A stretch of 64,000 bases of DNA from the human T2T-CHM13v2.0 reference genome, Homo sapiens. The position numbers and the translations under genes were made by a program. The notes beneath the pieces are model-generated. The model worked only from the letters and a program-made list of their open reading frames with translations. It made no database searches and was not told the origin of the DNA. This document shows, piece after piece, positions 1 to 17,944 of this stretch. How positions within the stretch are numbered: position 1 is the stretch's first letter; each line of letters starts with the position of its first letter. Where the stretch lies: the NCBI RefSeq assembly GCF_009914755.1, contig NC_060931.1; one strand, 5' to 3'.

Positions 1-1880
1 AAGAGTAAGTACACCCATTATGGCTGCGAGGGAAGTAAGAACTGAGGCTATTATTCTTTTCCACTTACTGAACCACTTTTCTAGCCATCCTGTAAAGGAG
101 TCATTTACCCCTGAGTTGTTGGCTAACTCATTGGACACAGCACTCAGACCTTGCAATGCCTTTGTTATACTTCCATCAGGGACAGTGTTGTTTGGGATGA
201 AGGTACAACATTTGTGTTTTAATCATGATACAAACTCCTCCTCTTTCTGCTAATATCATGTCTAAGGCTATCCTATTTTCCCAAGCCATGTGGCTTGTAG
301 CCCCTAATTACTCAGCTATTCCTTTAACAGCATCTCTAGTATAGTTAATAAATTGCTGTTGGTTGTAATAGATGTAGTTTATCCAATCTACATTTTTATT
401 AATTGTCACCCACCAAAATATTGACTCAAATTCTGTAGCTATTTGATTTTGGGGTTTAAATTGATCTGGTATTCCCTGTGGGACTCCAATTGCATTTAAA
501 TAGATGTGAGAGTCGAAAGACCCATAAGAGGCTTCCCTTGCTTTATGACGTCTGGTTTTTCCTTCCTCTGCTTGATGAAAGGCCAGAGTAAAAGGGATAG
601 CCGATTGGACTAGAGCATAAATACTGCTCTAATTATTTGGCAGAGTGTCCAGTAAAGGTCCTCCATAATCCCACCATACATCCGCTTAGGGATGAATAAG
701 GGCAGACTGATAGGTCAGCTCTTGGAAGTGCCACACTTCACTGCATCCTGTTAAGTCTCCAAGGAATGCCAAATTTTTCCCTTGGTCGTTGGAGACATGA
801 GGTAAAATTGATTTTGGAAAATGGAGGCTGGATGGCCCTTGGGGGCTGACCCGCAGCATGCTGGACTTTGGGATATAGCAGAGAGAGAGTGTGGCACAAC
901 TTGTTACTCTAGGCTGTAGAATCCTGGAAAAGAGCTACCATGCAGCCCATGCCTGGTTGACTGGATGACCACCCTAGTGGAAAGGGGACAGTCTGGGCCT
1001 CTGGCCTGCGGTGCGCACAAGCATAACAATTGCTTTTGTTTAACGTGCAGACGGAATATTTGATCCATTCCAACCAGGCATTTGCATCTTGGTATCTTGT
1101 CTTAATTGCCGAAGTTTGTTTTAAGTCTTTAACTTGTATGATAGCTATCTTGGTCTTGTCGTTAGATGGAGGAGTGGCAATTGTTCAGTTGTGAGAGGTT
1201 TTGGAAGAAGGCTTAGAGGAAGGTGCAGGCACTGGGGGATCAAATAAACACATTTCAAAGAATCCAATAGGGTCTGTCCCTGAAACCTCAGCCCCCATAC
1301 CATAAAACTGGCTTAAAGAAGGGAACTGGCTTAGAAAAGGGGAAGAAGTTTGAGGGTTCGAGATAATAACCTGTATTGGAATGCACTGGTTTAGCTGACC
1401 CCCAGTTGGGGGTTGGCTGTCCCTCTAGTAAAATGAATGTATGGTTTTAGGAAATTACAAAAACTGGTTGGGGCAGTCCATCCTTGCTCTTTAGTGGTCC
1501 ACAGAATGTTGGACAAACTACGGCATAAAAGCTCTACACTGGGGGGCAAGACTCCTGGTTGACACTGGGGTCTTTACCAAAATCTCCCTGGATTAAGTGG
1601 TCTCAATTCACTAATGTCTAGTCTCAGGAGAGTCAGGAGGGAGAGAGGTACTTTTCTGAAGTAGAGAGCTGTCTTTGACTTGGCAAGTCCCCACAGGGTA
1701 TAACAAGGCAAGCATCAAATGCAATAGTTTGAAGAGAAATTGACTTGGTTATGTTAATAACTAGATGGTCAGCAATAGAGCGAGGAAAGAAGAAAGAGTA
1801 ATAGAATAGATGAAAGAGAGTGAAATTTTTCTTTGCTTTAGTTTGGTAGGGTTTTCCCCTGGGACTATGGCCCATGACTC
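1..1880 (-). pseudogene. Gammaretroviral-type env pseudogene (SU and TM) with stops and frameshifts
   Basis: SU N-terminus HLVINITKSISLQTIAFDACLVIPCGDLP..EKYL (within ORF 1633..1968); basic SU/TM junction RRHKAR at ~537-555; TM immunosuppressive-domain-like WENRIALDMILAERGGVC at ~230-283; CCTFIPNNT follows after a +1 frameshift. Confidence 0.85.
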
Positions 1881-3796
1881 TGGAGGGGGCGGCGCTTTCT
1901 TGACTCAGGTGTGATGAGTCTATTCCCTTTCCCACTGTAAGAACAGCAGTCTTGGTGGTTAGCAGCACAAGGTAGGGTCCTTCCCAGGGTGGCTGGAGTT
2001 TTCCTTCTTTCCACCCTTTGATGAGACCATGATCTTCAGGCTGTTGCTGGTTTACCGGAAATTCTAGGGGTGGTACCTGTGCTAAAAGACTTTTAGTTTT
2101 GAGGGAAAGGAAAGTGGAAGATAAACCAAGTATACAATTTCTAAGAAATTGATCTTTTGTTTTAAATGTGGGGACATCAGCAGTGGACTTTATAGTCCTT
2201 GGTGTCTTCTTACTGAGAAATTTCCTTTAGCACCTATTTTTATTAGTTTTTAGACCAAAGAAAGCCAAATACCATTTTATATTTGACAATGCTTCCTGTA
2301 TGATTTTTATACCAGAAAAGCTAAATTTCACCTTTATATTAGTGTGCTATTAGTGATAAACTTAATTTTAATAAAACTTGTAGACACATTTATCCAATTT
2401 TTAATGTCTGACCATAAGGTAAGATTTTTATAGACTCTTTTTAACCTTGTATAATTTTTGTTAAAGAGCAGGTTAGTGCTTTAAGAAAAACCTGTTGTGC
2501 TTTTATTTTAATGTCCAGTTTACAGAAAAGCTGGATGATACCCCTTTAACTTTAGCCAATATGTTTACAAACAGAATTTTCTTTAAAATTAATGTTTCAA
2601 AACTTGCTTAAACCTTTAAAACAAAAAATTTTTTTAACCTTTTAATGTAGGTAAAAATCTACATTCTTATGCCTCATTATAATCCTTTTACCAAAAGTAT
2701 ATTTACTTTCCTTACACACCTTGCACATAAACTGTTTCTTCAATAGTTTTACAATCAAGAGGCCTAATTACTTGTACATTATACAACATTTCTTGCATAA
2801 ATTCCCTTTTATAACTTTTTTTTTCACGACTTTCACAGACAATTCTTTGACATGCCTCAGCTTTCTCACTTGTTGCAACATCCCTTTCTTTAAACAACCA
2901 GTTAATTTATTTTAGGACAAGAATTTACTATATAACATTCGTTTTTACATAAATTCTCCTCCCCACTTTTTTTTTTTTTTCTCAAAGATAATAACCGTTC
3001 TTTTCCAAAGTGAACTTCCTTCATGTCTGTGGACTAGTCTAAGGCCACAAGATTAGAAGTTAGGATAATACATGTTACACTGTTAACTTTTAGCAAACTT
3101 TACTTTTGTTGAAAACCTTGTGAATTTGGGATTTCAATTATTCTTTGGTATTAATAAGACCCTGTTCAGTCCATATTAACTTAGAATTGATATAGATGGC
3201 TCCTTCCTGATTCTGTAAGTACTTCAAGGCTTGGCTGAGTACAAACAGCTGGCACGTTTGAGCAGCCCAATTATTAGGCAATTTTCCTAACTCGCTTCTG
3301 TTAGAGTTTCCTTATCCCTTACTGAATACCCATTGTGTCTTTTTCCCTCAATCACCTGGGAGGAATCATCTATCCTCCTGTCCTGAAGGGAGTTCCTCCA
3401 AGGTCTGGTCAGACCTTTGTACGGTAATTAAGATTTAGATCCTGTTAGGAAACCTGCTGGGTTAAGAGAATTTTCAGTGGTTAATGTTAAATCATCTTTT
3501 TCTAACAGAATAGCCTCATACTTTAAGGTTCTTGAGTCAGTAAGTTACCTTTTTTGCTTTTTTTTTTTTTGACTTAGTATAGTTCTGACCTGTTGAGCTG
3601 TGCTCATAATGTTTCCTCTGAAAGTTATTTTTCTACTTTCTTCTGCTAGCAAAGCAGTTGCCGCTACAGATTGAATGCATTTGGGCCATCCGCAGGTTAC
3701 TGGGTTAAGGATTTTTGATTAGGAAGGCTAATCAGTGGCCTCAGCTTGTCAGTGGCCTCAATGCTTTCAGGCTACGCCCTTGTTTACAGTGACAAC

Positions 3797-4279
3797 TGCT
3801 GAGACCAACTCAGTCATGGAGACCCTAACCCAGTGTCGCTAGAGGAAGTAAAGACACACACGCAGAAATATAGAGTGTGGAGTGGGAAATTAGGGGTCTC
3901 ACAGCCTTCAGCGCTGAGAGCCTTGAACAGAGATTTACCCACATATTTATTGACAGCAAGTCAGTCGTAAGATTTACTAAAAGTATTCCTTATGGGAAAC
4001 AAAGGGTTGTGCTGGAAATAAAGGTATGGGCTCTGGCTAGTTATCTGCAGCATGAACATGTCCTTAAGGCACAGATCGCTCATGCTATTGTTTGTGGTTT
4101 AAGAACGCCTTAAGCGGTTTTCCACCCTGGGTGGGCCAGGTGTTCCTTGCCCTCATTCCGGTAAACCTTCCAGTGTGGGCATCAAGGCCATCACGAGCAT
4201 GTCACCGTGCTGCAGAGATTTTGTTTATGGCCAGTTTTGGAGCCAGTTTATGGCCAGATTTTGGGGCCTGTTCCCAACA
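3797..4279 (-). mobile_element. MER9 solo LTR (HERV-K9/HML-3) nested in the HERV-IP10 element
   Basis: TG...CA termini; minus strand begins TGTTGGGAACAGGCCCCAAAATCTGGCCATAAACTGG; 6-bp TSD GACAAC at 3791-3796 and 4280-4285, as expected for ERVK. Confidence 0.9.
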
Positions 4280-4384
4280 GACAACAAGGTGGTATTGGAG
4301 TGTTATAGGGTCACAGAGAAGACCTTCAATTATAGGTTTTAAATTTACCTTGGCTTTTAAAGGAATAGGGTACACTGTTTTCTC

Positions 4385-4622
4385 TTTACTACTTCTATCT
4401 CTCTCCTTCTTTCTTCCTCTCTTTGACTTCCTGTCTCTTTCTGTCTCTTTGATTCCCTCTTTGTCTCTCTGTCTCTTCCTCTTTCTCTCTGCCTCTCTTT
4501 CTCTCTCTTTCTTCTCTCTTTCTCCTCACTCTCTCTCTCTCTCCCTCTCTTTCCTCTCTGCTGGTCTTTCCCTGCCTCTGCCAGCCGCTTATGCTGCTGT
4601 TCTCCCCTCTCCTTCCCCTTCC
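4385..4622. repeat. CT-rich (AG-rich on the proviral strand) low-complexity tract in the ERV pre-gag region
   Basis: Directly visible pyrimidine run (ctctctttct...). Confidence 0.9.
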
Positions 4623-4721
4623 GCTAGGGGAGGGACCAGCAGGAGTGGACCTACTCTTTCTTCCCTAGAGAAGAAAGGAAAGGGGAGTTCTGAATATTTT
4701 TCTTACTACTGGAGGTTTGTG

Positions 4722-5055
4722 TGAGGTTCAACCCCCTCCCCATGGGGATTTCTTACCTCTTTTTGAGGTTCAACCCCCCCATCATGGGGATTTCTCACCT
4801 CTTTCTGAGGTTCAACCCCCGCCTTCAATGGGGATTTCTCACCTCTTTTTAACCTCCAAGCATCCCGACTAAGGAATACTTCACCACATCCTGTGGCTTT
4901 CTTTCCCTAGTCCCGACTAAGGAATGCTTTACTGTCCCTGCGGTTTCTCTCTCCTTGGTATGTCCTAACCAAGGAATACTTTACCACCCCGCAGCTTTTT
5001 CCTTAGTCCCGACCACCAAGGAAATACTTTACCCGCTCCTGCGGCTTCTCCTTCC
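4722..5055. repeat. Two tandem arrays in the ERV leader: 3 x 42 bp and 4 x ~48 bp
   Basis: TGAGGTTCAACCCC...ATGGGGATTTCT(C/T)ACCTCTTT at 4722, 4764 and 4806; CCCGACTAAGGAATACTTCACC-like units at ~4864, 4912, 4964 and 5008. Confidence 0.85.
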
Positions 5056-5280
5056 TTGGTCTGTGCACAGAGTTGTCACCACAGTATGTGAGGATTCTTT
5101 AAGCTAGGTTGCTGGCCAGTTTCTCTCCGCGTTGCTGAGAGCTCGGGTTATTCCTCCCACTGGGTGGGTCCTGATTTCTCACCCCTGAGGCCGCCACAAG
5201 GGGGCGGGGCGGACCTCCTCATGAGAGAGAACCAGAGACCACCCCCAGAGGGGAATGTAATCACAGGAGACCCCCCAAAT

Positions 5281-6099
<819 letters not shown>

Positions 6100-6134
6100 T
6101 CAAAACAAAACAAAAAACAAACAAAAAAACCAGA

Positions 6135-6594
6135 ATGAAGACCCAAACCCATGATGAGGTTTATGAGCTCCTATACCATCTTGAAGTTACAGAAAGAATG
6201 GGGGATTGGATTCTGATGAAAGAGGTTATGGGAACCGGGAGAGAAGAGGAACTCTGTTGGGGGAAATAAAGGATTGCTAGGGAGAATGAATGGATGCGGA
6301 TGGAGATTAACTGGTAAATAGTTCTCTTTAGAATTTGAATGAGTCTGAGAGACAGGCTTTATCTTCTGAAAGGGCCTGTTCAGTTCTGATTACATTCTTG
6401 GTCTTCCAGGGAGGGGAGGAAAAAACAGTTGTTCTTCTTTGGTGGGTGACCCTGGAGTTTTGGCAGATAAAAATCTTAAACTTCTTTAGAAGAGATGGTA
6501 GGGGTGGGGAACCTTGGAGAGTCCTTGAGGTTTCTCCTTTAGTTCAGCATGTCAATGTGCCATATTTTGGGGTCTCAGTTTTTGAGTCCCAACA
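6135..6594 (-). mobile_element. Old ERV1 (MER4-group, MER31/MER67-like) LTR fragment
   Basis: Minus strand begins TGTTGGGACTCAAAAACTGAGACCCCAAAATATGGCACATTGACATGCTGAACT; subfamily uncertain. Confidence 0.55.
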
Positions 6595-6702
6595 CAGTCC
6601 ATTCTTTGAAAAGTAAAATAAGCATGTAGCTTATTTTACATTTAAAGATTTAGAGATACAACCTTAAATACTGGATTTTTATACATGTAGCTAGGGTCTT
6701 CC

Positions 6703-8427
<1,725 letters not shown>

Positions 8428-8554
8428 TTACGACTGTAATCCCAGCACTTCGGGAGGCTGAGGCGGGCGGATTGCAAGATCAGGAGATTGAGACCTTGCT
8501 GGCCAACATGGTGAAACCCTGTCTCTACTAAAATACACACAAAAAAATTAGCTA

Positions 8555-8731
<177 letters not shown>

Positions 8732-9071
8732 TTATCTTGGATTACCTAGAGTTAGAAAAGTTAAGAACTGGAGGTGGCTTCCAGTCGTGTGACCTGAGCA
8801 CATGAGGCCAGTGGAATGCTGGAGCTGAAAGCATCTGTGTGGCAGCTGGACATGTCCTTTTCACTGGCTTCAGCTGCCTTTTTTAGATGAAGATTGTATT
8901 CACAGTGACTGTGAGCTCCTTAGGCACAGAAATTGAATCAGTGTTAAACACTATTGTATATGCCTGGCATTGGCACGAGGATAGTATAGATATTTCCAAG
9001 ATCTCTCCTCATGGCCATCCTTGGATCCCAGAGCCTGGGACAGTGTTAGGGATCTTGGAAGCACTGCCAAC

Positions 9072-11627
9072 ATGTCTGACATTCAAGAAGCCACTAACAG
9101 CTCCTAGTTGTAAACCTGCATGAGAACCAGAGGTCTGCACAAGTGACAGAAAGTGACCTCAGAGGTGAGTCTTAGCTTCCTCAAGTCACTATGTAACTGC
9201 CCAGTGCATTCATTTTGCCCAGTGGCCCAGATACAGTTTAATTCATGCATAGCCAGCTGTACAAGAGACTGGAGATTTATTACTCCAATCAGTTTCCCTT
9301 AAAATTTGGAGACTGAGGTTTTCTAAGGATAACTTGGCAGGTTGGGAGCCAGAGGGTAGGGAGTGCTGATTGGATGGGTCAGAGATGAAGTCACCGGGGG
9401 TCAAAGTGGGTTTTTCTAGCTTTCTTTTGTTTCTGGGTGGGATCACAGAACAGGTTGAGCCAGATTATTGGTCTGGGTGGCACCAGCTGGTGCATCAGAA
9501 CGCAGGGTCTAGGAAATATCCTCAGCACCAGTGTTAGGTTTTACAATAGTGATGTTATCCCTAAGAGCAACTGGGAAGGTTCAGAATCTTGCAGCCTCTG
9601 GGTGCATGACTCCTAAACCATAATTTCTAATCTTGTGGATAATTTGTTAGTTTTACAAAGGCAGTCTGGTCCCCAGGCAAGTAAGAGATTTGTTTTGGGA
9701 AAGGACTTTTATTGGCTTTGTTTCAAAGTTCAACTTTAAGTTCCACCCAAAGATAGTTCAGCCTATGCCCAGGAATAAACAAGGGCAGCCTGGAGGTTAG
9801 AACCAAGATGGAGTTGGTTAGGTCAGATCCCTTTCTCTGTTGTGACTTTCTCACTGTTTTAGTTTTCATCAAGGTGATTTCAACTATTGGAGCCAGCTTT
9901 GAGCAAACAGCTGTGGAAGAAGTGAGAGACAAATTGGGGTCACCATACAATCAGCAGAGACCATGGCAAGATATATTTTGTCATTTCAGTGAAAATTTGG
10001 CTTAGGTTTATTGTCCGAGATCGGTTGATAACTTATTTGTGGTTGTTCAGGAGTTTTAAGATTACTAGTTTAGAAAAACAAAGAAATTCTAAAGGATTTT
10101 GAAGACTTGGCTGGAAAACTCCCGTGGTCAAACACTTTAATTTTATGGAAAATTAAGGTGTTTTTTTTTTTTTGAGATGGAGTCTTGTTGTGTTGGCCAG
10201 GCTGGAGTGCAGTGGTGCGATCTTGGCTCACTGCACAAACTCCACCTCCCTGGTTCAAGTGATTCTCCTGCCTCAGCCTCCTGAGTAGCTGGGACTACAA
10301 GCGCCCACCACCGTGCCCGGCTAATTTTTGTATTTGTGTTTTTAGTAGAGACAGGGTTTCACCATATTGGCCAGGCTGGTCTCGAACTCCTGACCTTGTG
10401 ATCTGCCCATCTCGGCCTCCCAAACTGCTGGGATTACAGGCGTGAGCCACTGCGCCCAGCCAATTAATGTTGATTTTAAGGAACAAACAAACAAACAAAA
10501 ACAAAGCTCAAAAAGATAATTCAGAATTCAAGTAAAAGGAAGGTTCATGATGGACAAGAAGTCCAAACAGATGAAAGAGATGTTAAAAAAAAGAGTTCAT
10601 TCACTACAATGTTTTAGATTCACACATCTTAGATTATTGTGAAACTCCAGCCATCAAAGGAGATAGCAACATTAGTAGGTGATGATTTGGCATCTTGCAG
10701 AGATGAGACTGATGAAAGCAAAAAAGAAGAAACTGAGCCTCAAGTGTAAAGTTTAGAGTCATGTGCAACAGAGTAGGAGAGAAATACTGCTTTCCCTCAA
10801 ATGAGACTGGAAGAGATTCTGGGGGTGATGTTTAAGGCTATTTTAAGTGGAAGGCCGACATGACCAATTTGATGTTGCGATTCTTTTGAATATCCATGAT
10901 AATGAAATCACTGTGGGCATGGCATTGACTAAAGCGAGTCTCCACTGAAGACGTATCACACATTTTGGACCTATGACTCTTTTGTACCTATCAACATTTT
11001 GGACCTATGGGCACATTTTGGACCTATCAACTCTTACCCCTGGGATACTCAGCCTCTGTGGTCTGCTACCTTATGTTATAATAGTCGATCCAATGTGTGG
11101 AACAGGGGCAATACCAATAGAGGGGACTACTTAATGTTTTCACGTTATATTCTGGTGATAATAATCCTCTGGTTGTGAATAGAGCAGCAAACAACATCAC
11201 ATCTTTATTGACCAAGAGCCAAATTAAAGAAGGCTAACCATCCTTGCCCATAGATGCTGTTCAATGGGATAAATGCAATATGCCATTAAGAACTGGCTCT
11301 GTGGATATTATTGTGGCAGATTTGCCATTTGGAAAAAAGATGGGATCCAAGAAGAGAAACTGGAACCTTCATCCACCTTGCCTATGGGAGATGAGTTGCG
11401 TCTGTGTACACCTACAACAGGCCAAGCTGTACGATGTACTCAGGACGCGAAATGCTTTACCAAAGCATTATCTGGCATGTGATGTGTATGGTGAAAAGTG
11501 GATACAGTTCGGGTGAACATTGGGGGTCTTTGTGCTGCAGTTTATATTTTGAAATGTACACCTCAAGCTTTTGTTCATCCTTCAGAACAAGATGGAGAAA
11601 CAGGAGCTCTGGTAATGCAAAGATTGA
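9072..11627 (+). pseudogene. THUMPD3P1: THUMPD3 processed pseudogene (tRNA m2G methyltransferase retrocopy), full CDS span, interrupted by an LTR and an Alu; 3'UTR-like sequence probably continues to ~12.3 kb
   Basis: ATG at 9072 (MSDIQEATN..VNLHENQRSAQVTESDL), TIGASFEQTAVEEVRDKLGS, IIVDPMCGTGAIPIEG, PIDAVQWDKCNMPLRTGSVDIIVADLPFGKKMGSKKRNWNL, PQAFVHPSEQDGE and TGA at 11625-11627. Intronless, with many stops and frameshifts. The P1 designation is from recall. Confidence 0.92.
9192..9882 (-). mobile_element. LTR8-family (LTR8A/B-like) solo LTR inserted in the THUMPD3 retrocopy
   Basis: TG...CA termini; 4-bp TSD ACTA at 9188-9191 and 9883-9886 splits codons V-T-I-G-A; reverse complement aligns to the LTR8 at 6703. 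Confidence 0.88.
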
Positions 11628-12533
11628 AGCTAACTAATAGTACTCGTACTTCCCAACACTGGAAATGTCAGCATGAAGAACTTGCTTTGAGAGCAAAATA
11701 GTATTTAAAAAAGTGCAGTGTGCACTCTTTAAACCTGTTCAGAGCTCTTCACTCTAGTTGGCAAAAGATGTGAATGTAATGTAATGTAATGGGATTGAAA
11801 AAGTCTTATGAGAAAGCAGAGCTTTTCCTTGGCACTGTTTTGTGTTTTGGGCAATTAGTATTTTGCTTAAAATGCTTTTAAAGATGCCTAGTGAAAAGCC
11901 TAGTAAAACGCTCTGAGATTTGGGTGTAGAACGTTTTATTTTCAGGCTTAAAACTTTTTTTTTAATATTATAGTTTTTTGTAGAGATAGGGGTCTCACCA
12001 TGTTGCCCAGGCTGGTCTTGAACTCCTGGGCTCAAGCAATCCTCCCAAAGTTTTGGGATTACAGGTGTGAGCCACAACACCTGACCTATTTTCAGGCTTT
12101 ACGGCCTGTTTTCTATTTTGCCAAGCGGAAAGCTACTCTGGCCTAAAGGAAAGGCAGAGAACATAATTACATCTTAGGCCACATTTCATTGCCTGCGTAT
12201 CTGTGCTATTCAGTTGCTCAAATTCTTTAACTCTAGAAGTGAAGTATTGCATTTTGTGAACAATGTTTGCCCCATAAGATGAAATCTCACAAGTCCTATA
12301 GGAAAGTTTACCATCTGCCTTAAAAATTAAAATGCACATCTGTTATTCAGATTAATATGCATCTGTTATTCAGAACTAAAATAGAGGACTAGGATTTATC
12401 AAAGGGATTGCAAAAATACTGTTAGTAGTAGCATAGAGCATTACTATTTGTAAACAGCAGAGGCAGGGCGTGGTGGCTCACGCCTGTAATCCCATAACTT
12501 TGGGAGGCCGAGGTGGGTGATCACCTGAGGTCA

Positions 12534-13046
<513 letters not shown>

Positions 13047-13354
13047 CTATCTTCAAGTGACATTGTATACAGAAGACATCATCAGACAAAAAAACCATCA
13101 AGGAACATTTGAGCACCCAAGCCTCTTGGGGAGCCCCATAAATAATTGGTTATTATTGTTAATAATTGGTTATTAATGATGTGGTGGTGTGTGTTTAGAA
13201 GTTCTGCTTTAATGCAAGTAAGGGTAACAAGACAAGAAAATTTAAGTATAAATGTAAATGGGACCTTGTCTATTTCTGTGAGGCTGAGGATTTTTACTTA
13301 GGATACCTAAGATTTTTTTTTTTTTTTTTTTTGAGATAGAGTCTCCCTCTGTAG

Positions 13355-13477
<123 letters not shown>

Positions 13478-13757
13478 TAATTTTTGTGTTTTTAGTAGGG
13501 ACGGGGTTTCACCATGTTGGCCAGGCTGGTCTCGAACTCCTGACCTGAAGTGATCCACCTGCCTCAGCCTACCAAAGTGTTGGGATTACAGGTGTGAGCC
13601 ACTGTGCCTGGTCTAGGATACCTAAGATTTTTAGTGCTGACTGGGCGTGGTGGCTCACACCTATAATCCCAGAACTTTGGAAGGCCAAGGTAGGCGGATC
13701 ACGAGGTCAGGAGATCGAGAGCATCCTGGCTAACACAGTGAAACCCCGTCTCTACTA

Positions 13758-13936
<179 letters not shown>

Positions 13937-14499
13937 TTAGTGCCTTGTCTTAAAAAACTACACTTGGAAGCCCAATATATGAGCAAATGGGCTGTATTCA
14001 AAGGAGGAATTGGAGTCCCAGAGCCCTGCTCACTCTGTACTCCTATTTTAACTACCCTCCTACCCCTTCACCACCTCTGAGGTGGTGGCTCCTGGTGGCA
14101 CCTCTGAGGAATTCCCAAGGCTCTGCAGAAAGGGTTTGAAAGCCACTATTTTAGGTAGATGTCAGGTATTAACCAGTGCTACAAATAGAAATTGTTGGTT
14201 AGTTTCACTATGTGTTATTAAGAAGTAAATATTGGCTGGACATGGTGGTTTACTTGAGGTCAGGAGTTCGAGACCAGCCTGGCCAACGTGGTGAAACCCC
14301 CGTCTCTACTAAAAATACAGAAATTAGCCGGGCGTGTTGGCACACATCTGTAAACCCAGCTACTCAGAGGCTGAGGTACGAGAATCGCTTGAACTCGGGA
14401 GGCAGAGCTTGCAGTGAGCCGAGATGGCACCACTGTACTTCAGCCTGGGTGACAGAGCAAGACTGTCTCAAAAAAAAAAAAAAAAGGTAAATATTTTCA

Positions 14500-14975
14500 T
14501 GTTTCTGCATGGTCAGGGCTTTCTGAGCATAGAAAAGTAGAACCTGGGTTAAAAGACAAGCCTTGGAAGTTAAAAGATGACTTAAGGGATATAAAACCCA
14601 GAGTGTTGGAGGCATTCCCAAGATCGTAAACCCAGTAACGCTTATCTTACCTTCTCCTGGAGACATTTATTTATGTTCCAAAGGGTAAGATCCCAGGGAT
14701 CTTCCCCTTTTCTTCCCAAGCAGAATTTGCTTACCATAGGTAGATTGCTTTCTTTCACTTTCTCAGGCGAAGGCGGCAGCTGGGCAGTTATCCTGTACAA
14801 ACCTACAGATTCAAAATTTTGGGATTCTTCTCCTGTGGTTCAACCCTTACCTATCAATGGGTTTTCATTGCATTGTCTATGGGGTATTAGGTATGGGAAA
14901 ATGATGTATGTCTTGACTTAAGTAATAATAACTCTGATCTCTGCTCCAGAAACTTTGTGTTTACTTTCAGGTTAC
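14500..14975 (+). mobile_element. Old ERV1 LTR (MER34-like)
   Basis: LTR-like composition ending ...GTTACA; family assigned by resemblance only. Confidence 0.4.
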
Positions 14976-15906
14976 AAGAATGAATCAATATAGAGATTAA
15001 AAACTTAAATATTTTTAATGTAAAATACTTCTTAGGAGAATATACTTAATAATTTCTCTGTACAGAAATGATTGTATGTATACTTCAGGTTTAAGCTTTA
15101 CCTTAGTATTCCTAAAACTTTTCAGATTATATCAGTTTTCCTTATAGAGGTGCTTATTGTTAGCTGTTTCATGTTAAAGGCTACTAATAGTGGAAAAGTA
15201 AATGCTTCTGTAGGATGTGATTAGCTCACTCGTTGATAGGGTTAGACCTGCACTGAACACAGTAGATTGCTTAACTGTCACTTAAATAATGATCTCATTG
15301 ATAAAGGGAGAATTAGAAGTGGCTTGTTTTAAAGGGTTTCCGAGAGTCAAATTCTACTGCTTCATTAAAATGTGGTATTTTGGGGCCAGGCACAGTTGCT
15401 CACGCCTGTAATGCCAGCACTTTGGGAGGCTGAGGCAGGCAGATCACGAGGTCAAGAGTTCAAGACCAGCCTGGCCAACATGGTGGAATCCCGTCTTTAT
15501 TAAAAATACAAAAATTAGCCAGGTATGGTTGTGCGTGTCTGTAATCCCAGCTACTCAGGAGGCTGAGGCAGGAGATTGAACCCGGGAGGTGGAGGTTGCA
15601 GTGAGCCGAGAGCGTACCACTGCACTCCAGCCTGGGTGACAGAGCAAGACTCTGTATCCAAAAAAAAAAAATGTGATATTTTCATTTCCAATTATGCAAG
15701 GTAGTCAAGCACAAGAGAAATGTTTTATACATATTTACTTCTTTGTAGACTAATATTCCTCACCCAAGTGTAACACAGGTATTAATGCATTAAGTTATGC
15801 TTATAAAAGTTTTTCACTGAAAATAATAAAATTGCTGACAGATTATTTCTATATGAAGAGACATAGAGTAGGAATATTGTTTTCTAGATACAAGACTAAA
15901 AGTTTA

Positions 15907-16263
<357 letters not shown>

Positions 16264-16539
16264 CTAGCATTTACATATTTGTATTTTTTCAATTGTTAAA
16301 ATGATGGATACATTTTGCAAAAAATGTGAAATATTTAGGAAAACAGAAAGCAAGGAAAAATAGAGATCTCTTTTTAAAATTGTATTTCTTGAGACAGGGT
16401 CTGGCTCTATTGCCTAGGATGAAGTGCAGTGGCATGATCACAGCTCATTGCAGCCTTGACCTCACTGGCTCAAGTGATCCTCCTACCTCAGCCTGCTGAG
16501 TAGCTGGGATTACAGGCATGTGCCACCAGGCTTGACTAA

Positions 16540-17944
<1,405 letters not shown>

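Larger units (their letters stand above)
1..5280 (-). mobile_element. HERV-IP10 (HERVIP10F/FH-like) internal region: leader, pre-gag, integrase C-terminal remnant and defective env; 3' LTR lies outside the window
   Basis: Adjoins an LTR10 through a degenerate PBS-like TGGGGGGTCTCCTGTGAT (- strand, ~5261-5278). Minus-strand translation gives an integrase tail (PPLEFPV...KGWKEGKLQPPWEGPYLVLLTT, ~1950-2130) followed by env motifs. Confidence 0.85.

Noticed and set aside
4092-4724. 210-aa Leu/Ser-rich ORF
   Set aside because: It spans the MER9 end and a CT-rich tract antisense to the provirus; low complexity explains the lack of stops.
4722-5055. Regularly spaced repeats as a CRISPR-like array
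   Set aside because: No unique spacers and no cas genes; the context is a primate ERV leader.
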